From assembly GCA_964200185.2 (NCBI GenBank), contig CAXNAD020000023.1:1-45602 (forward strand): a stretch of 45,602 nt of DNA, in the 5' to 3' direction. Below, one piece after another: positions 1 through 28,700 of the stretch. Each line of letters opens with the position of its first letter. Position 1 is the first letter of the stretch. The translations under genes and the position numbers were made by a program. Source of the stretch: Choristocarpus tenellus KU-1152. Taxonomy: Eukaryota > Protista > Phaeophyceae. Below the pieces are notes generated by a model, which saw nothing but the letters and a program-made list of their open reading frames with translations, had not been told where the DNA came from and made no database searches.

Positions 1-127
1 TATATTGCTGATGGTATAGTGCCAACCCCTACATTGCATCGTTATCTGCCACAACTATACTCTACTGTTAACTAGACCACAACCTTAACATCCCTATATA
101 TTATTTTTATTATTATGACTATATAAT

Positions 128-1170
128 ATTTTATTATTATGCCCTTTGACATTTTGCAGAGGTGTCAGGGGAAAAACCAATGAAAATTATTCAAATGTCA
201 GAAAAATCCCCCCCCAAAGTAACGATTGTCATAAATGTGAAAGACATCGTTACTTTATTTTATTTTATCATTCTATCATTCTATTTGCTATTTTACAACC
301 AGTTATGCTGCACCACTGCCTTCCTCTGCCTCCAACCCAGGGTGAGGACCAAGGGAAGCATCCCAAGAATCTAACAAGTCCCTCTTTGCCCATCTTCCTG
401 GTGTCTCCAGCTTAAAGGATATGACCCGTGTAGATAGGGCTACTTGTGTTGTGACTGAGTGTTGTGACTGAGACTATCTGACGTAGATGGGATTTGACCA
501 CCCCTTTTCTACTGTATCCTCATGTTCCTCTCATACCTACCGTGTGCGTAGTCAACTAATAATCAACTAATAATCAACTAGTAGTCATCTAATAGTCAAC
601 TAATAATCAACTAACAATCAACTAATAATCAACTAGTAGTCAACTAACAATCAACTAGTAGTCAACTAATAGTCAACTAATAATCAACTAGTAAACTAAT
701 AGTCAACTAATAATCAACCAGTAGTCAACTAATAGTCAACTAATAATCAACTAGTAAACTAATAATCAACCAGTAGTCAACTAATAATCAACTAGTAAAC
801 TAATAGTCAACCCATACAAAAAAAATTCCGCTTGCTAACTGAGGCACCCAAAACTTTCCATGACGAAGGTGTTGAGGTTATTAACTATATATAATGTACT
901 GTATCACTGTATCATATATCAATACTATGTAGTATACAATTAATATTACAATTAATATTAATATCCATGACTAAGCTAGGTTGGAGGCACAGGAAGGCGG
1001 TGGAGCAGCATAGGTGGTAGTAAAATAGTAAATATATGATAGAAACATGTCTTTCACATTTTATGACAACTGTTACCTTACTTTTTATTTTTTTCTTCTG
1101 ACATTTGAATAGATTTCATTGGTTTTTCCCCTGACAAATCTGCAAAAGGTCAGAGGGCATAATAATAAAA
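128..1170. repeat. Diverged ~200-bp inverted repeat pair (128-340 and 977-1170), possibly a MITE/foldback or dispersed repeat family
   Basis: TTTTATTATTATGCCCTTTGACATTTTGCAGAGGTGTCAGGGGAAAAACCAATGAAA...GTGAAAGACA...GCCTCCAACC is the reverse complement of 977-1170. A third partial copy lies at ~1299-1355. Confidence 0.75.
550..812. repeat. Minisatellite, ~11-bp unit TCAACTAATA(A/G)
   Basis: Direct tandem array, more than 20 degenerate units. Confidence 0.9.
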
Positions 1171-1641
1171 TGAATATTAATACTATATTTATAATGTAAT
1201 GTATTGGCGTATCATATACAAATACAATGTAGTATTAATACCAAATATAATGTACTGTATTGCTGTATTATACACTAATACTATGTAGTATACTATAGTT
1301 TTCATTGGTTTTTCGCCTGACACATGTCCAAAATGTCAGATGGCAAAATAATAATTAGAAAAAGTAGTATACTATTGATATTAATACAACATATAATGTA
1401 CCGTAATGCTATGTTATGCACTAACACTACGTAGTATACTGTTCATATTAATACTAATCCATTATACTTAGGGTTAGGGTTAATTCAAGTATGTATACGC
1501 CACATTAAAGCACAAAATGACCTGGTACATATGCAGGGGGATCACAAACACTACAACAGATAAGGCGCCACAGAATGCTGCAGGTTCTATCACTCAACAT
1601 ACATTCATTATAAATCAATATTTCTGCCATTAGAATCTCAC

Positions 1642-19402
<17,761 letters not shown>

Positions 19403-19735
19403 TTCAGTACCACAATAGCATCTTATTGTTTAACCGCCTGTGCCCTCGAGGGATTATCAGCAAGGGATGCAGCTGGTGGGAATCTGGACGCCAATAGCAC
19501 TTTGATTTAACCTTGCGACCGCGTAACACGGACCAGATTAACAAATCTACCTTTTCAAATACTTGCACAATACCTCCTTCACTTGACCGACGCCTTCTGT
19601 TTATTCAAGATTTTCAGGGAAAGGCACCAACTGAGCACCTCCAATACCAAGCAAGAAGTTTTCCCCCCATTAGTGTGTCGACTTGCGGAGAACAATCCTA
19701 GGATAGAGTGAGAGGGTGTAAGATTATTTTTAACG
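19403..19735. promoter_or_regulatory. Bidirectional promoter between the helicase and U1-C genes
   Basis: Divergent start codons 333 bp apart; locally CpG-rich. Confidence 0.6.
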
Positions 19736-21431
19736 ATGCCGCGCTACTATTGTGACTACTGTGGCACATATCTCACGCATGATTCAGCCCCTGGACGTCG
19801 ACAACACAATCGAGGTGATATCATTGCTCTGATTCTGTATGAGGTTGATGCTTCTTGTCTATCTGTATGTAGTTCATCTTGGTAAACTATTTTGGGCGTG
19901 GTCTAGGTCTAGTCTGTGTTAGGAAATATTTCGCGCTTCGGTGAGTCGTCTTTTTATCTTGGAAGGAGGCGGCAAAGGTTGCAGCATAATGTGAGATGGA
20001 AAAATGATAGATCTCGAGGACAGCGTCTAAATCTTTTTTGAATCTTCGAAACTGCGGTCTACCTCGGTGATCGTGCCGCAGAGTGTCTCGAATTTGCATT
20101 GCACTTAAGTTACATTTCTCAACGTCGTCCACACGCACGCCCCGCATACAGGTTGGAAGCACACAGACAATGTCAAGCTTCACTACAAGCAGTTCGTGGA
20201 CGATTTCATCAAGAAGCAAGTCGCCAGTGGTCAGTCGATAAGAAATGCTTGCCCCTAGTAAATTATGGGGCATTTGCCCAGGATCTACGAGAAAGTTGGG
20301 TGAATAAATACACATTTCTCTCTTCCCATCATTGTGCACTAGTATATGTCAATTTGTGAGCTCGATTGGCAGTTGAAGATTTCTCTTCGTAGAGCGGTAA
20401 ATGCCATTGTTGCCCAGCCTAAAATTCTAGGCAATCAGCACATAAAAGTCAGTCCTAACCCATTGTGTATGTCATTAATTGACAATACCCATTTTATAAC
20501 AGGAGTCACCCAGCAACAGACCCCAGTGGGAGGCATGACTCCTGGGGAAGCGATGGGTATGCGCCCCGGCCCTTCAGCTGTTGGTATGGGAATGGGAACA
20601 GGCACTATGGCTACCGGCACAGGCAGTATGGCTCCCCGCCCCACAAGCAACTCACTGATGCCAGGAGGGGGGATGCAGGTACAATACACGAACGTACACA
20701 TTACAAAGCCACATTACAAAACTAACCTTTAGAACTGGTGGTTGTTGTATGGCTCATGTATCTAAGACTTCGAATGTATCATAAATGTACAGTACAGTTT
20801 GTTCAACTCTTCTGGTTTGATATTGTGATCCTTGGGGGTAAATTTGTCATTGATGTACAAGAGTCTGAATGCACGTTGTAATGCACTGCTGCATTGGACA
20901 GGATTGGTCTCTTACACATGTTGTTCATAATATATACTTTAATACTTGGAGAAGATCTAAAAAACACATAGTACTTGGATATTTAATTTTTCGCCTCTGG
21001 CAAAGTGGGTGTCCAACGTGTTTTTGTGTGTACTAGTTCTTTGGAGTACCTCAGTCAACCAATATTCCCACTCCCCACTTCTGACTTGTTGTGGTTAGCA
21101 GGGTATGCAGGGCCACCCTCGCCCCATGGGTCCTATGGGAGGTCCAATGGGTGGCCCAATGGGCGGTCCAATGAGTGGCCCTAGAGGTATGGGAGGCCCT
21201 AGGGGAGGTGGACCTCATGGCCCATTCGGAGGACCCCAGGGTGGTGGGTTTGGAGGTGGACCTACTGGTGGTCAGTGGGTTGCACCCAATCGTGGCCCAC
21301 CCAATGGGCCTGGATTTTCAGGTCCAAGTGGGCCTAACACTCCCAGTGGTTCAGGAAATAGTGGTCCAGGAGCCCCTTCAAGTGGTGCTGGAGCCCCTTC
21401 AAGCGGTGCTGGAGCAACAGGATCCAGATAA
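19736..21431 (+). CDS. SNRPC: U1 small nuclear ribonucleoprotein C (U1-C), 220 aa, 4 exons
   Basis: Exons 19736-19814, 20152-20229, 20503-20678, 21102-21431 join in frame. The protein starts [41 protein letters not shown] (matrin-type C2H2 zinc finger typical of U1-C) and has a Met/Gly/Pro-rich tail. All introns are GT-AG. Confidence 0.95.
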
Positions 21432-22704
21432 GGAAAAAGAGTCAACCTTTTCTAAGCGACTCTTAAGACAAGCACCATTTTGCAAGATCATGATCCCTTT
21501 CTGGAGTGGGAGGACTGGGTGAATGAAGAGGAACTTACAAGGATCCTATTATGGGGAAGGTGTCTGTTGAGGAGGGTAACGATGGGACTGTTTATTGTGC
21601 ATGATGCAGTTCACATAAAAGCTTTACTGTACCATTACAAACATGGAAGTGCTTGTATGCATGGCAAAAACGTATATTTTCCGCTTTATGTAATGTGGAT
21701 TCATTTGCGTTTCAAGATTTTCATTTTCCAGGGTTCAAAGCAGTGGGACAGGCACCATAATATAAGATCTTGACAAGTAGTCAAGACCCACATGTGTGAT
21801 GCCAATATTTTGCAAGTACATGCTTTGTAGCTTCAAAAGGATTGAAGAATTCTGGGAAAAGGAGGGTTTATTAAAAACTGTGCAGGTTTAAGTGGAACGA
21901 TACATTGGCAAATTGAAGTTATTGGTAAGATGTTCACAAAATGCAACATTGTTCTCAAGTGATAGTATATGATTTGATGAGAGCATAATGTTAATACTAA
22001 GTTATCATTTCACACCTCACTGAGCTACGAGGGTCACATCAGAAGTCTTGACGGATTGAATGTGAGGTATTCTTGATTTCTTCAGGCTCCAAGTGAAAGT
22101 TAGGCTGGTATCATGTAACAAAAAAATTGGTTGTTCAAGGTTCAAAACTTCTCTATATAAAATCCTATTTGTTCCAGTCTGTCCAGAACTAGAGATGGCT
22201 TGGAACTCACCACCTTGCATACCATACTATAAACATAGTACGCTGTTCTCCCCTTTTCTGTGGGGGTTGTGATTATGTTGTTAGATTCATGGTGCCTGGC
22301 AACGGTTTTGGATTGAAACTCACTACCTGGAATAGCCGCAAGAATACAATCAGACTGCTTAAGAAGCGCACATATTCTTTCTGCACATGCATGGGATCAG
22401 CAGAGGACTTATCAGTTGGAACTGGTGTACTGTATAGTGCTGTGCAGTATTATACTGCTGATCAACATGTTGGTATCACCTAAACCATTGCACATCAGTG
22501 GGTGACAGACCAATGGAACTATGGAGGGCGGGGTGAGGTCATCAACATTGAATCCATCCATGTGCGTGCGGAACCAGCAGCACCAACACGAATATCACCA
22601 ACTCATCTACCAAGTCCTCCATAGCATGTCAGTAGCTTATAGGTCAACATTGTTGGAGTGCCAACCAAGTATCACCAAGGATGGTTCTGTGAGGTCTTGA
22701 GCAT

Positions 22705-25548
22705 CTATACACCGATTAATGACCGTGACGTTGCCGTGTCGGGATGGTCAGGTCCTAGAATCTTCTCCCTGATCTCTAGGGCTCGTCTTATATGTGTCCT
22801 GAGTCAAAATAATTAAAACAATGAAGAGCTCATCAGGTATTATGACTGTTGGAAGGTTGGTGGGAAGAGTTATTTTTGACCAGGGTACGAAATGACTGGA
22901 TGGCTACAGTATCTCTGGTTTACAACTCATGTGTGTATCAAGAATGAACGATGTCTACTCTTAAAGGTTATCTTTCTTTCCTGTTGATACGGTACACCTG
23001 GCTCTGTTACATGGTCAATTTACTGGCCTGTCTCCTGACTCTTATGACATCGTTACTTCAGAGTATCAGGTGCTTAGGTTGAAATAGAAGTACTTCCTAT
23101 TGGTGGCATTGGTTCTGCTACATTATTTCCCTTCACTTACCTCGCCATGTTTTCCTTCCCCTCTGCTATTAACACCATGCCTAGTCGGTGAGCTCTTGCT
23201 GCAGTGTCTGGGTTTTCCAGTCCTAGAGTTTTTTCTGATATCAGGAGTGCACGCTCAGCTAACATCTCTGCCTCGGGCAACTTTGCCTTTCCCACCTCAG
23301 CGTCTGATGTCCCTTTTCGCCAGCATAGCAATGCCATGGCAAGATCATCAAGAGCCTTGGCAACCTTTTTTCTTGGCAGTAACACAATTGGGGAGTGAAA
23401 TGTTAGTACTGATCTGTAGAATTGCCTTCAATTTTGTTTTATTGTGCGAAATAGATCAGATTTGGAAACATAAATAAAGACCCCCATTCTATCCTTCATG
23501 GGATATATATACACTATTAGTAGTTGTAATTTGAAGTATATCTACCATATGTGGTGACCATGATACCCCAAACTGCACAAGACCACTCCCTTCACATACT
23601 GGACATCATTGCAACAAGTGTGTACAAATTGTAACCTTTGAGCCCTCGCACAAGTTTGTGGAATACACATTAACTCTTTCCCTCCATCAATTGAGGTGAG
23701 GACACAGTCACAGACCTACCTCTATGTGGTCTCTTCCATAGACATTTTCAGTTACACTGAGCGCATGGCGGTAGAGTGGTTCCGGGTCAGGCATGTAAAA
23801 AGGCCGTGGCAGGTCCGGCAACAAGAATTGTGAGAAGTGCTCTGACATCTTTGCTAGATGGTGGGCATATGCTGCTACCTTTGGGTCACTTAGGCCCCAG
23901 CATCGAGTTGCCAACTATTCATGTCAAGAGACAGGTAGATCGATTTCGCAAGGATTGGGGAGGTTGTGAATAGTCAGATGAGTATTCCTTATATGCAGCT
24001 AATTGTAGTAAGGGAAGGCAGAAGGCGATGCAAACTGCTGTGACATAATTTTAAAAAAGTTGCATAGGAGAGGTAAACACAGTTCAATGGTTGAAACAGA
24101 GGAGAAAAGATGGCATGTCAAAGTTGCCCACGCCAGGCACATTTGAGAAGCATGGTAAGGGTGAAGTGGTGGAAGTATCCACCACACATTTCAGAGACTT
24201 CCATCTGATCAATACTTCTGAACTTGTTGAATAATATTGCTGCAAGATGTAGCTACCACAGCCAGTTCATCTTCACATCACAACAACGCACTGCATGCTA
24301 TCACAGTTGAGCAGCAAGCAAGGCAGCAAAGTGGAACACCCACCTCAAGTGCCATAGACTGCAAGTTTAATGCAGTGTCCCCAATCTCTTCACTTGTCGC
24401 TTGCTGGATGTCAGCCAGGATGTGCAAGCATTCGGCCATCTGGGATGAAAAGCAAGAAATGTTGAGGGTCCATAAGCACAATACTTCACTGTTCACCATT
24501 CAAAATGATAACACGTATGATTCCCCAGTTTCCAACTAGTCGAATTCGAGGAACAAGTTCAAGTTCATAAGCATTCCATTGTCATTGTCCTATTATCAGA
24601 GTCTCTTTCACAATCAGCTATCAGCGACATGAGACCACACTAATCAATATAGTCTTTTTCGTGCTCACCTCCCCGTTAGGATTTGAACCATGGACTGATT
24701 GGAGTATCTGAAGAGCACGAGTACACGACTCTTTAGCGGGGAAGAGGTCTCCATTGACATTCAGTGCTGCGCCAAGGGCAATCAATGCCTTGGCTACCTG
24801 TTGTACGATGGAACACAGAGTACACCCACGGAGGCGTTCAATCTGGACTACCTCTCGAAACAAATAATTACAGAGAATGTAGGTAGCACCTCAACTTTAG
24901 AGACAGTGTAGCTTTTCGCTACCAAACAAAGCGCCTCCTTGTGACTTGACATACCTGGGGATGCATGGGACCAAACTTAGATTCTTCTGTATCCACCGCT
25001 TGTGCCAAGGCAGGAATTGACGTGTCTTCCTCCTGGCTCTGCATGATATCAGTCGCAGTGCATCACATAAGGAGCAGGTTAACCAGCGATAAGTCGATCT
25101 TCGACCATCATAGGGCTGACATAGTCAATACCTAGCCAGCAGTTCGATGCAGGGTGATATCATCATACGAGGTACAGGTCTAATGAGCCATGGGTCCAAC
25201 GACACAGCTCACACCAAACGGTCCAATGTCACAATGTTGACAAAAGCTCTAAACGTCAAACCTCACCTGACCTTGCAACGCAATCGAGGGTTGACCATCT
25301 ACCCGGACATATGGAGATAATATTCTTCCCCTCATAAATTCACCCAGCACAAACCATGTGGTAGGTATTCGATTGAAAATTCGCTCATGGTGATGGTGAT
25401 ACCGAGAAAACCCTCCACCTCGACCTTCAACTTCACTGTGATGCCTCCAATTCCCTGACGAGGTGACCCAAGCGAACTTGCAAAGAGATGCTCCAACTAG
25501 GCAGAATATGTTCGCACTACAAAGTGCACTTGCAAGGACAACCCTCAT
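22705..25548 (-). CDS. Tetratricopeptide-repeat protein (kinesin light chain/NPHP3-like TPRs), about 367 aa, 7 exons
   Basis: Exons 25548-25267, 25038-24955, 24797-24669, 24439-24344, 23914-23720, 23364-23141, 22798-22705. Repeats include FGPMHPQVAKAL, RALQILQSVHG, EPLYRHALSVTENVYGRDH, ERALLISEKTLGLENPDTA and RRALEIREKILGPDHPDTA. The first exon and start codon are less certain. Confidence 0.85.
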
Positions 25549-25726
25549 GATTCTAGCCTGGGAACGATATGGCGACTTGTTTGTGTTGTAGTTGGTGAGA
25601 GAAACAACATTGGAGTATTAGCTTGTCAGAAAAGAAAAAGTTATAATGCATGAACCCGCGATTCGCGCTCGCGCTTATCATTTGTTTCAAGAACTTCCCT
25701 CAACCGTTTGAGTGTTTTTAACAAAT
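25549..25726. promoter_or_regulatory. Bidirectional promoter between the TPR and coiled-coil genes
   Basis: Divergent start codons 178 bp apart; contains the CG cluster CCCGCGATTCGCGCTCGCGC. Confidence 0.55.
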
Positions 25727-28700
25727 ATGGCCTACAACTACGACGAAGATGACCCCTCGTTCGTGATAGAGCTGCTTAATGGATCTAGAGGGGATGTAGG
25801 CGCAGTCCACGAGATAGGCGAAGATTCACCACGAAATGGTCCTGATGGGAGGGTTACGGACAGGTGAGTTTGAAATAGGCTGCGAAAAGGAGTAATCAAG
25901 ACTTGGATTCAAACTGTGTTGCCAATGGTGAACCCCAAGTCTAGATTACCAGCGTACTTCGTACCCTAAGTTTTTCACTGGTTTATATCGTCTGTGCCCT
26001 AGACTTGTTCGATGCGTCTTCTCGACTTCGCACCCACCTCGTGCTGAGATTCGTCCCTATCTTAACGTCTTTTTTGCATAATCAGAAATGCCAGCCTTGC
26101 CTCTCAGCTGTGGAGTTACTCTAATGAACCCACGTACAACCCTCTTTATTGCCCTGAATTAATCTCCATGGGAATCCCCCGTCCAGCTTTCTACGCGAGA
26201 TAGAGGTTGCCTGTGACGAGAGTACGAGCGACGAGAATGAACTCGCTGAATTCGATGTTCGAGGAAAATATGATCTTGCGGCAGAGACAACTCGTGTCGC
26301 CGTTGCTGATATGATAGGAGTCGGCAACAATCTCGAAAAACTGTCAAGGTTTTCTTCCACGTACCGCCGAAGGGAGGGTAAGTGTACTCAACTATTGTAG
26401 AATGGTAACAACGATATTTGTGTTTTTTCTGTGAAAAGAGACAAAAGGTTCCATTGGGTTGCTTTTGCTCGAATCTCGAGAAGGTAGTAGACACCTTGGA
26501 TGTGCGTCCCACCATTCCGCAGTTGTTTCTACAACCTATAGCCAACTCTGTTAGGGTGGCCAGCTTGAATATTGTAAATACTCAAGTATGTTGACTGGAG
26601 TGTTTGGTCCTCAAGTTTGCATTTCAGCGCACATGATTTTTTTCTTACTTCACCTCAATGCAATATGCTGCACACACAATATGAGGAAAGTTAGCACAGT
26701 CTTGTCGTGTGTCACGCATGCAGTAGTGGCCTCACATGAGCTGCTGTATGTGTCATTGTTTTACAGGTGACAGACTTGGAACGATGGATGAGGGTAAGGT
26801 TGATACGGCCACGAGGCAGATTCTAAGCAAGGGAAGGCGAGTTGTCCATGGCAGCCAGGACACTTCCCAATTGGAGTTTGACATCAACAAGGAGAAAGGC
26901 AAGAAATAGTCATTGTGCCTTTTTGTGTTATTTTTGATTGGGTATGCTTATCAATTGCTGTATCCATTGATCTTACACTTTGAAGTACAGGTGAATCATG
27001 CAACAATAACATGGTGTTCTGCAATCACCTGTGGTTACTAATAATGGTTGCTAATGATGGAAATTCCCTCTCATACTGCTTGCAAAGGAATGCACTGTCC
27101 ATCCAAGATATGACCTCGAGAACTGGGATAGTCTGTCCCTTGTCTTGATCTTGGCATTTCAAGGATGGTGAAACCCTCAGCAGGGACTAGATAGTATCAA
27201 CAAAAGTCCCCTAACTGCAAGTTTACTTCTCCTTGCAGCCCAAGCTTTGAGGTGATAGTCCCATCCTCACAACCATCCATCATGACAGATAGGACATCCT
27301 CAGGGTACTATTCCCATGAAGTTAGAGGGTCGCCTTCTCAGACCTCCAGATCAAGGCAGCAACTACTAGCGCAGAAGGATGGGCTATATCCTAGGTCTTC
27401 CAGAGACACTGTAAGGGAAGATATAGAATCAGCACCCAGAGGTATGGCTGGAACATTAGAACAAGGATTAGAGGCTGTTGATGGGGAGGAGACCACACGG
27501 TTGTGCGAGGAGCTCATGAGGTGGAGTTCTGCTTTGGATGGGGCGGAGGAGGAACTGAGACAGAGAGAAAATCAGGAAGGAGAGGAGACACATGGGGATA
27601 GGGAACATGACAGCCACAGTCAACAGGTTGGAGGAATGGAATGGGATAAGACTATCCTAATGCCAGGCCTGGAGATTGATCGTGCTTTGTCTTGACTTGT
27701 TCAACCCTATTTTTCAGTTTGTTACTGAACTCGATGATGAGTACTTTTACAGTGGGTGTTGTCTGTGTAATGAAACGGTTTGCCAATGATCCCATGTGAG
27801 GCATGGAGGAGAAAGGACCCTGTCTTTGTCAACCATAATATGTAGGACAAAAGTTTGTCCAATGAGAGCATGCACAGAAAGTGAATGTTCTTTCACATCA
27901 GACCCGTTTAACATTTTGGTGGAACCAGGTGTTGCATCATTGCTAGGGCCCTATTACTTCACATGATACCACCATTACATTAAACTCACAAAAACATATA
28001 CAAAAGTACAAGTAGTTCCAACCATTAATCAATACTGCTATATACTAGTAACACATCAGACTAGACTAGACTAAAGAATGGCAATCAACACCACGTTGTT
28101 GATACTGAAATGTGTATTTTCTCACCCACCGCAAGGTTTAGAAGTTAATGTGAGGGACAGAAGTTAACGTGCTTTTACTCTTTACAAAAATATTTCTCTT
28201 GCCTTGGCATCACTTGCCCTCATGTGTTTTAGCATCCACAGTATAACATTGGTGCACACACGTGCAGACATGAAGATTATTTGTCCTCTTGTGAGAGTGT
28301 TACCACCTTTGGCTTAGGTGAGGAGGTAGGTGCTGCAAGAGGGAAGAAGCTCAAACGTCGCATGTATCAGAAACCATGTGAAGGTAACTCTAGGGATCTT
28401 GTCTACTCTGGCCAGGCTGAATCGGAACATGAAGGTTTTCGCTGGCAAGAGCAGGAGCAAAGTAGCAGGGGAAAGACAAGATGGGATTGGAGAAAGGGCG
28501 AGCCCCCACCTGGAACCCCTCAAGGGAGGGAAGAGGGGGTAAGGGGTCGGTGTGACACAGTCAAACTTGATTTGGACCCAACACCTTCCTATGCCCTGCC
28601 AACCAAGCACTTCAAATCCTTAAACAGGTCAGTTTATTTGCAGACAACAGGTCACTTAGAGTGCTTTGTGGTTGCTATATTTAATAAACTAAATATTAGC

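Noticed and set aside
300-411. Possible next helicase exon on the minus strand
   Set aside because: No recognisable helicase similarity, and part of it lies inside an inverted-repeat arm.
19887-20339. 150-aa minus-strand ORF, and other antisense ORFs (9826, 16883, 17466, 26121)
   Set aside because: These are shadows of real exons on the opposite strand with no recognisable domains.
21105-21431. Gly/Pro/Met-rich ORF as SmB or collagen-like protein
   Set aside because: It splices in frame to upstream exons encoding the U1-C zinc finger, and no Sm fold is present.
26761-26773. TTACAG|GTGACAG as a recursive or stop-generating splice site
   Set aside because: Resolved once exon 26187-26377 (phase 1) is included; the first AG then gives an open frame.
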